A stretch of 21,389 nt of DNA from Pseudobacteriovorax sp. (GCA_050293845.1 JBNKNM010000085.1:1-21389); one strand, 5' to 3'. Shown: positions 7,466-17,235, numbered from the stretch's first letter. Made by a program: numbers and translations. Notes: generated by a model from the letters alone, not told the origin.

Positions 7466-8020
7466 TTAAATTTGGGCAATTAATTTGAGCAATACTTTCT
7501 TGTTTTCTAAAAATTGTACCTTGTTGGAATCACGTTGCCCTATACCCATTAAACCGGGATTTCCGAGGGAGTCTAAGATCTTTTTCATGATCTTCATAGG
7601 CTTTTTATCTGAGGTCAAAACTTGTAAATGTTTTTTTGCTTTAATGAGGCGTAGTCGCGATGCCTGGTATTTTTCAAACATTTCATTAACTTGATCTAAC
7701 AACTCCTGAATTTCTAAAACCAGAGAACGATCCAATAGCTCCATAACTTTAACCTTATTTTTGCTGATACTTGCATCCAGAAGTGGCTGATAGAGTGCTT
7801 CTTTACTATTGTTTTCAAAGTATTCATACAAATACTTTCGTTCGATAATTTTTTGACTAGCTTGATCATAGTTGCCCGCCGCAACAGCTTGCGAAATTTC
7901 ATTGTGAGCTAGAATAGTTACTTCAATTCCCGCTTCATCAAAAGGGCACGCCACGGAATTGCCGGAAAATAGAAATAAAATAGAAAACAATGATCTGGTG
8001 AGTATTTTCGTCCTAAACAC
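7466..8020 (-). CDS. Secreted helical hypothetical protein, last gene of the iron-uptake operon
   Basis: Signal peptide ending SVA; GTG start overlaps the FTR1 gene end by 8 nt; Lys/Leu-rich helical pattern; no family recognised. Confidence 0.7.
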   Translation of the reverse strand: MFRTKILTRSLFSILFLFSGNSVACPFDEAGIEVTILAHNEISQAVAAGNYDQASQKIIERKYLYEYFENNSKEALYQPLLDASISKNKVKVMELLDRSLVLEIQELLDQVNEMFEKYQASRLRLIKAKKHLQVLTSDKKPMKIMKKILDSLGNPGLMGIGQRDSNKVQFLENKKVLLKLIAQI

Positions 8021-8819
8021 GACTTATTTTCCTCATTTTAATTGTTAAGTACATAAGAGCTAGGTAGCCAAACCAACCCATGAGTTGGAGAAATGAAGGT
8101 TTGGCATCATAACCCAACAATACCTGAAAAGTCTTACCAATAAAGGAATCATTAGCAATTAGGAAACTACTATCATAGAGAGGCAAAACAAAAGTTGGTA
8201 ATAATTCATTTCCTTGCATACCCTTTATTAACAAAGAAACTAGCCCGGCAACGATAAAGAGTATCAGTAAAGACGTATATTTGAAAAAACTTTTTAGAGG
8301 TAATTTTATAGTGCTTTTAAATAAGAGCCAAATACTGACTCCGGATACAATAAAGCCGATGGCAATGCCCAGAAAACTATCTTTTAAAGAAGTCGCACCA
8401 TCCCCCATAATCAAGGCTAACGAGAATAGAACTGTTTCCATACCTTCACGAAAAATGGCCGTAAAGACAATCAGTAAGGTTATCCACTTTTGATTGGAAG
8501 AGAGTTCAATTTTTTTACGCATTGTCGCAGCCTCTGAATTGCGTTGTATCCAAAAGACCATGTAGGTAAGTAATACAATGGCAATAAGCAGGACCATCAA
8601 AGAAATATCATACTGTAGTTCTTCACTTTCAAAGCCATCAACTACAATAGTAAATAGAATACCAAAAACTACGGAACAAAAAATGCCAACAAAAAATCCA
8701 CCCCAGGCATACTTTTTAATGTGAAAAAGTTCCTGTTTTTCGAGAAAAGCAAGAACTATCCCTAAGATCAAGAAAGCTTCTAAGCCTTCCCGAAAAGCTA
8801 TGATTAAAAAAGCCTCCAT
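8013..8819 (-). CDS. FTR1/EfeU-family iron permease
   Basis: Two RExxE motifs (FREGLEA, FREGMET) and about 7 hydrophobic segments; start overlaps the porin stop at 8819. Confidence 0.92.
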   Translation of the reverse strand: MEAFLIIAFREGLEAFLILGIVLAFLEKQELFHIKKYAWGGFFVGIFCSVVFGILFTIVVDGFESEELQYDISLMVLLIAIVLLTYMVFWIQRNSEAATMRKKIELSSNQKWITLLIVFTAIFREGMETVLFSLALIMGDGATSLKDSFLGIAIGFIVSGVSIWLLFKSTIKLPLKSFFKYTSLLILFIVAGLVSLLIKGMQGNELLPTFVLPLYDSSFLIANDSFIGKTFQVLLGYDAKPSFLQLMGWFGYLALMYLTIKMRKISRV

Positions 8820-10039
8820 TAGAACTGGTAACCTAATGACAAATTATAGGAATTCATATCTTCGATATTTTTATCTCCATTTTTGGTTGTCGCGTAATCA
8901 AATTTATAAACGATGGATGGTTTGTAAAAATAGTTTATCCCGACAGTTTTTAAAGTTCTTTCATGGCGATCGAGGTTGGGAACAGAACCTACCGTTTTAT
9001 GCATGCTATCGACAAAATCATATTTAACAAAAGGTATTATTGATTTTTCGTAGTCCAGAAATGAGGCTATATCATAGCCAGCCTCAACAAAATAGGCCAG
9101 AGCTTCATTGGCAACTGGCGATTTCTTCGCTTCAAGAGCGCTTGGTAGGCTCTTATTGAGTAGCGTCACCTCCTCTGAGTTATCTAGTTTACCTAGCATA
9201 TATAAAGCTCTTAGCTTTATGTTATTATCATCGTAAACCGCATGGGCATCCATGATTGTCACTTGAGCATTCACATCTAACTGAGATTTGTGGCGATTTC
9301 TTGCTGTATTCCCACCATAAATTGAAAAGCCGACGTGTGATTTAACAATATTTCCATAATCAAGCCTTAAAGCGAAAGCAGGACTGTTGGCATTGACAAA
9401 CTCAAATCTTTTTTGATGCCCAGCCTTGATCCAGTTGGAAGAATCAAAAAATTCTGAATTCAAGCCATTGGTAATCGATGCCTGATAACTCAGTTCACCG
9501 GTAAGGTGACCATACATAAGAAGTCCAGTCTCATGCCAGGTATCTGGGATGATAGTGGTTTCCGAAAAGTTGCGTGTTGATGATAGATATAGAGTTGGCA
9601 AGTGTCTCAGAGAATTCAGCCCGACAGGGATAACCATGTGACCGACTTGCATGTTAAACCAATCTTTTAGAGTGATTTCAAGATAGGCTTCTTCGACGGC
9701 TACCTCACCACCCTTTTCAACTTCGTTTTCAAACTCGCCGAATTCATCCAAGGTATCGTATTCCATCGTGGAACCGGTGCCTCCATGTTCGAATTCGATC
9801 TCCGAAACTATTTTTATATTGTCATCAATGAGAAATCGAGGAGATAACACAAAGCGTTCGAAATCAATTTTTGATTTATTTACTGGGTCCTGTTGATAAT
9901 TTTGCAGATAGTCATAATTACTAAAGAGAAAAGATCCATAACCATAAATTTCCACTTGGTCCATATCGATTGCATATAGAGGTAATGAAATTGCTAATCC
10001 ACTAGCAAGACAAATAATTGCTTTAATCACAGATACCAC
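8819..10039 (-). CDS. Outer-membrane beta-barrel porin associated with imelysin loci
   Basis: Signal peptide (LYA); SEIEFEHGGTGSTMEY, EKGGEVAVEEAY, IIPDTWHETG; C-terminal YNLSLGYQF beta-signal. Confidence 0.8.
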   Translation of the reverse strand: MVSVIKAIICLASGLAISLPLYAIDMDQVEIYGYGSFLFSNYDYLQNYQQDPVNKSKIDFERFVLSPRFLIDDNIKIVSEIEFEHGGTGSTMEYDTLDEFGEFENEVEKGGEVAVEEAYLEITLKDWFNMQVGHMVIPVGLNSLRHLPTLYLSSTRNFSETTIIPDTWHETGLLMYGHLTGELSYQASITNGLNSEFFDSSNWIKAGHQKRFEFVNANSPAFALRLDYGNIVKSHVGFSIYGGNTARNRHKSQLDVNAQVTIMDAHAVYDDNNIKLRALYMLGKLDNSEEVTLLNKSLPSALEAKKSPVANEALAYFVEAGYDIASFLDYEKSIIPFVKYDFVDSMHKTVGSVPNLDRHERTLKTVGINYFYKPSIVYKFDYATTKNGDKNIEDMNSYNLSLGYQF

Positions 10040-10042
10040 CTT

Positions 10043-11737
10043 TTATAAACTTTCCAAGAATTTAATGAGTTGTTCCCTTTCGATTTTAGTTCGATTCATG
10101 AACTCTTTTTTGATCTCCTCAGATTCTCCTCCATGCCAAAGTATGGCTTCCTCTAGGGTCCTTGCACGACCATCATGCAGGAAACCAGCACCTGGATTTA
10201 CTCTTTGTGTTAAGCCGATACCCCACAATTGTCTCGTTTTCCATTCCTTGCCACTAGCATCAAAGTCCCTTCTACCATCGGCCAATTCATCACCCATATC
10301 ATGAAGCAACATATCGGAGAACGGGAAAATCAATTGGTTTTCGACAAAAGGTATGTGACCGCCATCCATGGAAAAAGATGTCTCTTCTCCAGTAACAAAG
10401 GAGGGTGTATGGCATTTTGTACAACCGACTTTTTCAAACAGTTCCCCACCTGATCTCACATCTGGATCTTTGAGATTTCTTCTGGCGGGGACATGCAATG
10501 TTTCTGTGTAAAACACAACCGCTTTGGAAAAGTCAATATCAGCTTCGATTTTACCTTCGCTCGACTCTTTATAGCTGGCAAATGCCTCGTCTGATTCCTT
10601 ATAGCTTTGCATAAGGTCAGTTCCCTCGATACTTTCATCGGGAAATAGTGGGTTTGTCACTCCCATATCCCCACGCAAGGCTCCCAAGCCCTGATGGGTT
10701 GTTGTAGGAGCATTAGCCTTCCAGCCGTATTTACCTAGGCTGATCGGAGCATTAGTATCACAGTTATTAGCGGCTTTGCATTCATAATACTTTTCAATGT
10801 CAAAAACCATATTAGGCTTGCCAGATATACCATCACCATCGCTGTCTTCCGGATCGGCCAAGGCCAGGATGTCTTCATCTTTAATAGCACCGACTAACCC
10901 TAAGCCAAAGACCGGTTGTCCAATCCTTGCACCCAGGCGAACATCAGGTTGGAAAAGCCTGCTATTAGCACCTTCTGATATTGTGATAGGATTATAAGTA
11001 TTTGGATCGTCAGGAGAGTCATAGGGATTATCGACAAAAAATAAAGGTTTTGATAACTCTATTTCCGTTCCATCCGGATATGTTATTGTTTTGTACTCAT
11101 ACTTCATCCACACATCTGCTTGGCCAGATCCTTGGGAAATAGAATTACCATTTTCATCCTGTCTGATCCCAGCAGATCCTCTATGGAAGAGCTGATCAGA
11201 AAAGTTGGGGACGGCAACAGGAGCCCCCCAATGGTTAGCTTCACTCTTTACCACCTGATTAATGGTATCGTTTTCAATGCTTATACGTAAAAAAATACTG
11301 GCATTACCAATTTTATAATATCCATTTGCATCCCTTAAAATGTAGCTATCTAGATTTTTTTTATGCTCTAGTACTGGTAGATTACCTCTACCATCTCTTT
11401 GGTGGCAGGCGTTGCAGTTTGTATTATTCTGCACGGGGCCTTTACCATCAAACAGCTTGAATGCTTCATCGGAAGCTGGTGCTGTGGTAAAAGAGGTTTC
11501 AAACGCAGCATCGCCCGTCAAATGCAAATTTAGCGCTTCCTCATCAAGATTTTTTGAGGGAACCGAATAAGCGTGCCCAGAGTTGGAATAGTTAAGGTCT
11601 GTCGTATCACCCCCGAGCTTTAGAGCATCTAAGAAATTTATGACATTGCTGCTATCGTTCCCACTTTTATTGCAGGATGCAAGAGACAAAAGCATGATTA
11701 TTAAGTAAGTGTTTTTTATTGTAATATTCAAGACCAA
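10043..11737 (-). CDS. Di-heme oxidoreductase family (DHOR/DUF1111) lipoprotein
   Basis: CNACH and CTKCH heme motifs; FGLGLV, ADPEDSDGDGISG, GKYGWKA, DMLLHDMG, FLHDGRARTLEEAILWHGGE; lipobox LASC. Confidence 0.92.
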   Translation of the reverse strand: MVLNITIKNTYLIIMLLSLASCNKSGNDSSNVINFLDALKLGGDTTDLNYSNSGHAYSVPSKNLDEEALNLHLTGDAAFETSFTTAPASDEAFKLFDGKGPVQNNTNCNACHQRDGRGNLPVLEHKKNLDSYILRDANGYYKIGNASIFLRISIENDTINQVVKSEANHWGAPVAVPNFSDQLFHRGSAGIRQDENGNSISQGSGQADVWMKYEYKTITYPDGTEIELSKPLFFVDNPYDSPDDPNTYNPITISEGANSRLFQPDVRLGARIGQPVFGLGLVGAIKDEDILALADPEDSDGDGISGKPNMVFDIEKYYECKAANNCDTNAPISLGKYGWKANAPTTTHQGLGALRGDMGVTNPLFPDESIEGTDLMQSYKESDEAFASYKESSEGKIEADIDFSKAVVFYTETLHVPARRNLKDPDVRSGGELFEKVGCTKCHTPSFVTGEETSFSMDGGHIPFVENQLIFPFSDMLLHDMGDELADGRRDFDASGKEWKTRQLWGIGLTQRVNPGAGFLHDGRARTLEEAILWHGGESEEIKKEFMNRTKIEREQLIKFLESL

Positions 11738-11779
11738 ATCCTAGTCCTTCTCTATGGTGTAAATGATACATAATCGGAA

Positions 11780-12841
11780 TTAAATACGCCCTTGCAAGCT
11801 TTCCAAACTAGCTTGCAGCGCTGCTAAGGCATCTATTGCTTCTTGAATTAGCAATCGTCCCTCATCGCTTTTAATCTGATTTCTGAAAGCTACTGTTAAT
11901 TCGTTAGCATCGATTTCGCCGTCATTGTCTTTATCGCTAATAGCTTTGATTTTCGCTATAGCCGTAGAAATCTTAGAGGTAATATCTTCGACTTTCGCTT
12001 TTTCGACTTGATTGATCAAGTCATCCATACCAGCTTCCCAAATATTTTTTACGCTTACTATATTATTTGTAAAATCGGTTGTAGAATTCCAGCTGAACTG
12101 CGACTCCACAAGACTGGTATTCTTGTCATTATATGGGTCACCAATTTTTCCGTTACCAACCTCATCAACAATACCGATCATTCCACCAAGCAATTCCTCG
12201 ACAGCCTCTGAAGGTGTGAGAGCTTTGAATGTGTCGGAGTACTCTTCATTCCAAGCTTTGAGAAGGGTTTCGGTTTGGTTTTTCATCGATTGTGCTAAAG
12301 CATAAACATACTCCAATTGAATGTTAACCAAGCTACCGATCTCTCTTGTATTTGCCGATTCCCCATCCCCGAAAAGGATATATTCGATAGCATGAAAACC
12401 TTTGAGATCGTTAGCATAGGATTCCACCGAGTTACCTATTGCCCAGCCACCTAATGCCTTATCTAAATTCGACGTATCTACTGGCCAGCTATCAGTGGCC
12501 GGATCGACGCCAAGTGTGTCTACAGGTCCGAAAATATGCCCTTCCCCAGCTTCCCAATGCTCTCTTGCTGCCTTCCAAGCATTTTGAGCAGAAAGTAAAT
12601 TTTCTGCAGTAGGGTCACTTTTTAATACGGCCAGTGCTGTAACTAGGCCCCCTATTTCAGTATTAAGACTTTCATAACCCGCAACAATCACGCTATCGGT
12701 GATGTTGGCGATGATGGCTTTGTTCGTCCCATTGTCGGCAATTCCACCGTCATTATTGCTGGGGCTATTATCTTTTCCGCAAGAAAAACAAAAGATTACT
12801 ATACCGGCCATCGCTATTTTTATTGGTAATTCGATTTTCAC
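11780..12841 (-). CDS. Imelysin-family (peptidase M75/IrpA-like) iron-regulated lipoprotein
   Basis: AWKAAREHWE..E.HIFGP, DSWP, KGFHAIEYILFG (GxHxxE), EVGNGKIGDP, ESQFSWNS; lipobox FSC. Confidence 0.9.
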   Translation of the reverse strand: MKIELPIKIAMAGIVIFCFSCGKDNSPSNNDGGIADNGTNKAIIANITDSVIVAGYESLNTEIGGLVTALAVLKSDPTAENLLSAQNAWKAAREHWEAGEGHIFGPVDTLGVDPATDSWPVDTSNLDKALGGWAIGNSVESYANDLKGFHAIEYILFGDGESANTREIGSLVNIQLEYVYALAQSMKNQTETLLKAWNEEYSDTFKALTPSEAVEELLGGMIGIVDEVGNGKIGDPYNDKNTSLVESQFSWNSTTDFTNNIVSVKNIWEAGMDDLINQVEKAKVEDITSKISTAIAKIKAISDKDNDGEIDANELTVAFRNQIKSDEGRLLIQEAIDALAALQASLESLQGRI

Positions 12842-12888
12842 GATTATAAACCCTTTCTCTATCTAGTTCAGCTCGTCAGAGCTTTTAT

Positions 12889-12907
12889 GATATTGATAAT
12901 CAATATT
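12889..12907. promoter_or_regulatory. Fur box (proximal)
   Basis: GATATTGATAATCAATATT, 16/19 to GATAATGATAATCATTATC; contains the perfect 8-1-8 palindrome ATATTGAT-A-ATCAATAT; about 48 nt upstream of the imelysin start. Confidence 0.8.
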
Positions 12908-12963
12908 TTTCCCATTTTTAGTACCTAGCCTTTTTGAGACCTCTTTATTAAAAACAACGGTAA

Positions 12964-13001
12964 ATCCCGGTAAGTAATTTAATAGATCCCGTAAGTAATT
13001 T
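12964..13001. repeat. Short tandem direct repeat in the iron operon promoter
   Basis: ATCCCGGTAAGTAATTT and ATCCCGTAAGTAATTT; the core GTAAGTAATTT starts at 12970 and 12991, 21 bp apart. Confidence 0.8.
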
Positions 13002-13005
13002 CAAT

Positions 13006-13024
13006 GAAAATGAAAATCAGTATC
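13006..13024. promoter_or_regulatory. Fur box (distal)
   Basis: GAAAATGAAAATCAGTATC, 16/19 to the Fur consensus. Confidence 0.7.
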
Positions 13025-13292
13025 AATTTAAATTTCCAGAACGAACTTTTTCTGTCTTGAAAAATGTTATAAGTCTGAGTGCACACCCACAGGTATTAAC
13101 CCCTTAGGATTAGATGTGGCGCGAGTGCACATTGTCGCCTGCCGCTGTTGTTTTCTTTGCCTTTAGCTACGAACTTTAGTGGTGAATATTTTAGGATTAA
13201 GCCTAAAACAGTCAATATCTTCAGTAACCTATTCGATTCTAGCAAGGATTTTAGGGATGTCTTATATTGAATTTTTCCGACCCAAATGAGAG

Positions 13293-15623
13293 TTATTGCT
13301 CGACGCACAGAAGGAACCAAGATCCGGAACAAGCAGCTCCACCGCTGTAACTCATCGCCTGATAATCCCCATTATAGGCTGAACCTCGCTGCCCAGAATA
13401 TCCAGTCGCGGATATAGTCCCATTAACCGTCCATAGGTTGCAGGTATCTGATTCTGTCCAATCACTGGCAAGCCCTGACCAAAACCTGGGGTTGACTTGT
13501 GTACCCGAGGGGAGGATGTTATTGCTTAGATTAAAGGTAAACAAGCCTTCGTTATTGGCTGTCCCAATCACTGTACTACCGTCGCTTCCCCGAACATAAG
13601 TCTTATTTGCCTGGAGAACCCAGTCTACATGCTCAGAGCTTCCTCCTGAGCAATTCGCCGTTGAACAGGCGACACGGTTCGTACCGTCGACTATAAGGGC
13701 CTTGTAGACTCCTCCTCCGGAAGGTCGCCTGTTATCGGCTACGGTTTGGCAGGCATAGTCAGCTCGCGCAATGCCGCTTAAGCCTTCAGTATCGCTACCT
13801 GAGTCTGTACTGCTATTGTCTAAGATGTCGATGATATTCCCATGGTACTTGTTGTAAGTAAGAAAAATCTTTTTTGAATAGGAAGCGGTATAAGTCAACG
13901 ATTGTGCGGCGTTTCCTGAATTACCTGCCAAATCTGTGATTGTTGTCAAATTTATATTCACAATAATAGTCTGGCCATTTGCACAGCTACCTCCCGTTAA
14001 ATTTAAAGTTATATCTGATGTGTCGCTTCCAGAAATAGATTTAATCGAAGGAACTGTACAAGTACCGCTAAAGCTGATGTCACTGCTATCCATAGCAACG
14101 GCCTCGGAAAAAGTGAGATCGATACTCGTTGGAACACTAGAAAATGTCGAGCTATTAGCCGGAACTGCAGATGATAGGGTTGGGACGGTGTTATCAATGA
14201 CTATCTGTGTGCTTTCGTTGGATTGCACAGACGTATTACCTGCAACGTCCATAGCGGTTGTGGCATCTACATGGACGGTAATGACGCCGTCACCGCTACA
14301 TGAATTTAATTCGATGGTCCCGCCGCTGGCGCTATAGTTTTTCACGGCAACCGTGCAGGATGTGGACCCTGACACTTGACTTACTGTGATGCCGCCTCCG
14401 TTTGCAGTTAGAGTTTCTGTCAGTTCCGAAGCTCCCGAATAGCTGAAGCCAATTGAGACTGTATCAGAAGATCGCGCTTTGGTCTGAGACGGGATACCTA
14501 GGGATGCACTGGGAGATGAGGTATCAATCGTGAAGGCATTAGTCGGTGCAGAAACCGCTTGGTTACGTGCTAAGTCAATAATATCTAATGCCTTTATGCT
14601 TACTTCGAGGGTTTGAGTATCATTGCAGGTTGAGGCACCAAGGGAAAAAGTTGCTCGGGCATTGGAGTCGTTCATCTCGACACTTTCTACGCTGGGGAGG
14701 TTGCTACAGGTGCCACTCAAAACTAGAGAGTCGACTCCCAAAGCCAAAATTTCTTCAGAAAAGCTGACAATAATAGTTGTGGGAGGAGTGCTGATGATCG
14801 CAGTCGATGGAATCCATCCTTCATTCACAGGGGAAATGGTGTCAATGCTTAGGGTGGCACCGCTGACTGATTTCAAAGAAAGCCTTCCTTCTCCATCCTG
14901 TGCTATTTCTGCTGCTAGGTAAGGACTTATAGTCCCATTTCCTGTGCAGTCACTAATAGTAAATTTTGCAACTGCTTCTACCATATCGTTCCAGGATTTC
15001 AGGGAATTCAAACAAGACGGATCACCGCTTAGAACTTCAAAAAGCAGAGCGTTATCATTGTCCTTAAGTTTATCTGTAAACAAGATGGCTCCCAATTCTG
15101 CATTTGGAAAGTGGATTTCAATTTCTGAGGAGCTATGACTACCTAGTAAAGTAAGAGATGGGCTGCCAAGCTCTGGTTCTATCCCGACTGTCTCTTCCCC
15201 TCCTTCGGTAGCTGTGTTTTGGGTCTGCTGAGTCGCCACGTCGTAGGCAGCTCCATGACCTTCTTCATCTCTCACGATGACAACGAAGGAGTAGAGAGTA
15301 TCGGCATCGAGATTGCTAGCTTTTAAGGTTGAGACGCCTGCCACTGCATCACTGGCTTCTGTCCATGTAGTTTGTATTTCCGCAATAGTTGGTTCCACCT
15401 CCGGCTCGTCTAAAAAATAGTAGAGTTGATAAGTGAGGTTTTCGGGGCTTGAAAAATCGTCAGCAGCTTGAGAGTATAGGACATCCAAGCTTGATGATTC
15501 TACATTGCTAAAGGAAAGGACGTTATCTGAAACCTTAGGCGCTTCGCTTCCTGAGGTAGAGCCTTCTTCCCCACAAGCACTTATGAAGGAGAGGTGTATT
15601 AGAAGAAAAATAGCTTTAGCCAA
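13293..15623 (-). CDS. Large surface lipoprotein: FN3-like domain, duplicated Ig-like (Big_5/SbsA-like) domains, C-terminal DUF1554 (Len/endostatin-like) domain
   Basis: Lipobox ISAC; RBS GGAGG; LDADTLYSFVVIVRD (FN3); FSE...DLAGN repeats; KKIFLT...GIARADYAC...YKALIVDGTNRVACSTANCSGGSSEHVDWVLQANKTYVR (DUF1554). Confidence 0.8.
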   Translation of the reverse strand: MAKAIFLLIHLSFISACGEEGSTSGSEAPKVSDNVLSFSNVESSSLDVLYSQAADDFSSPENLTYQLYYFLDEPEVEPTIAEIQTTWTEASDAVAGVSTLKASNLDADTLYSFVVIVRDEEGHGAAYDVATQQTQNTATEGGEETVGIEPELGSPSLTLLGSHSSSEIEIHFPNAELGAILFTDKLKDNDNALLFEVLSGDPSCLNSLKSWNDMVEAVAKFTISDCTGNGTISPYLAAEIAQDGEGRLSLKSVSGATLSIDTISPVNEGWIPSTAIISTPPTTIIVSFSEEILALGVDSLVLSGTCSNLPSVESVEMNDSNARATFSLGASTCNDTQTLEVSIKALDIIDLARNQAVSAPTNAFTIDTSSPSASLGIPSQTKARSSDTVSIGFSYSGASELTETLTANGGGITVSQVSGSTSCTVAVKNYSASGGTIELNSCSGDGVITVHVDATTAMDVAGNTSVQSNESTQIVIDNTVPTLSSAVPANSSTFSSVPTSIDLTFSEAVAMDSSDISFSGTCTVPSIKSISGSDTSDITLNLTGGSCANGQTIIVNINLTTITDLAGNSGNAAQSLTYTASYSKKIFLTYNKYHGNIIDILDNSSTDSGSDTEGLSGIARADYACQTVADNRRPSGGGVYKALIVDGTNRVACSTANCSGGSSEHVDWVLQANKTYVRGSDGSTVIGTANNEGLFTFNLSNNILPSGTQVNPRFWSGLASDWTESDTCNLWTVNGTISATGYSGQRGSAYNGDYQAMSYSGGAACSGSWFLLCVEQ

Positions 15624-16069
15624 AATACCCCTCCCGGTGGCTTTATTGCATGTTAGAGTATCTCGGACTTTTTGCTCTGAGTTTTTAGTTTTTTATTAGA
15701 TAGGGCCGGAGCAGTCAGGAGAATCTTTCTAAGTAAGAATAAAATAAAGACATATATGTTTTGTCGTGCAGTTGTAGATCAAAAATAACCTTCGTCTAGT
15801 AGGTCTCACCAACGTATGCAGTCTATTCCACGTCTTGATCGTGACCATGATTTGAAGCCTCATTCAGAGGCCCCATGTGCATCAATTTGAAAGTCGACTG
15901 CAAGGATAGGTAAATCGATGCTGTAAATTCCATTTCAAAAGTTCTATAACTATTACATAATGGTAGAACTTGGCGGGATCGATTAACCAATTTCCTATCC
16001 TGACTTTGCGGCCACTGGTACTCACAGCTTTCGGTGGATCGTATTTTAGACTTTTGATTGGATGGGATT

Positions 16070-16340
16070 ATTTTTTTGCCAAATGGCATGCACACCATCC
16101 TCATTAAATGACCTAAGAAGTGCGGCAGTATCTTCATCAGAAGGTGATAAGATAATCTCTTCAATGCTGGTAATAAGAGGCTTATGCTCTTCAATAATAT
16201 ACCTCCTGCGCAGAGCGTACTGATCACTGTAAACATTTCCTAGGGTCATCAGAATTGCAAGAAGACCGAATAAACGACGGGAGCAAGAAGTTGATCTAGG
16301 TTTTATCCATAAAGCATCTTCTAAGATCGGGTAATGATTT
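16070..16340 (-). pseudogene. Abortive-infection family protein remnant (region preceding the Abi_C domain)
   Basis: DLRRCFMDKT*INFLLPSFIRSS, then after a frameshift YSDQYALRRRYI...SPSDEDTAALLRSFNEDGVHAIWQK; resembles the LLP.F.R...Y..RR..I...FDEDGVH..WQKAL pattern of this family as I recall it. Boundaries approximate. Confidence 0.55.
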
Positions 16341-16365
16341 TGTTAAGATGTTTTCATGGATTCTT

Positions 16366-17235
16366 CTATCTGGTCTGAGCTGCGAAGGCATCAGAAATTG
16401 ACGTTCGAAAAAATTCAAAGAACGTGTCCCTCATACCGTCTCCAATCTGACCATTGGGGTCACCGCGCGAATTCATGATCACATTTACTACGGAAAACAC
16501 GTAGGTGCTGTTTTCAGGGTTCTCTGGATCTGCCATCACACCACGAACAACGTTCGCATGCTTAAATTGCTCGCTAGGTGCTGTAAGAGTTCTGGCAGCG
16601 AGAAAAAAGTCAAAATTATTAGGATGAAGTCGGTACATGTTGAGGCGATGCGTTGAAACATCGCTAAACACAACTCTAGGGGCGAGATTCCGGCTTACGT
16701 CTGTCATCTGTTGCACTAAGAAAGATGTATCTGCATCACCTATGTTTTCTGGAGGGGGAAGAAAGCTAGGCGTAATTCTCAAAATTCCTCGACGATAAGG
16801 AATGGTAGCAATGGGCTCTTCAGCGATAATTGTAGGTACTGTATTCTTCGGAACTTTTACAGCATAGGTAATATATATCTGAATAAGCTGACCCTCTAAA
16901 TCAGCAGGTTGAGGTACGTTTACTATGAAGTTAGCCGGGTTTCCTGTTCCCTGGTATGGATTAGAGTATATTTCTTGAAATGCTGCTGTAGGAGCGCCGT
17001 TATCGCATAAGACGCCTAGCTCCTGAGAGATTTCTTGTGACGAAATAGCGGTCACGTTAGGAATACCCAAGCAGAAGCCTTCCAAGGTTAACGGTACTTT
17101 ATTTTCAACTGGTAAGGTGTAAGTGGTGCTCTGTCGCTTAACACTTTGATTATTAGATACCATACCCGAGTTTGCAGAGCTTCGGATAGACCAAAGGCTC
17201 AGGATAAAACCCAAAGCGAAAATTCTTATCCTCAT
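16366..17235 (-). CDS. Secreted hypothetical protein
   Basis: 289-aa ORF, RBS AAGGAG, signal peptide ending SSA, one Cys pair; no family recognised. Confidence 0.75.
   Translation of the reverse strand: MRIRIFALGFILSLWSIRSSANSGMVSNNQSVKRQSTTYTLPVENKVPLTLEGFCLGIPNVTAISSQEISQELGVLCDNGAPTAAFQEIYSNPYQGTGNPANFIVNVPQPADLEGQLIQIYITYAVKVPKNTVPTIIAEEPIATIPYRRGILRITPSFLPPPENIGDADTSFLVQQMTDVSRNLAPRVVFSDVSTHRLNMYRLHPNNFDFFLAARTLTAPSEQFKHANVVRGVMADPENPENSTYVFSVVNVIMNSRGDPNGQIGDGMRDTFFEFFRTSISDAFAAQTR

Noticed and set aside
13096..13332. 78-aa minus-strand ORF after the DUF1554 gene
   Set aside because: Overlaps the end of the real gene out of frame, with no RBS or recognisable motif.
15823..16236. 137-aa minus-strand ORF
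   Set aside because: Out of frame with the Abi-like relic it overlaps; no RBS or protein-like features.
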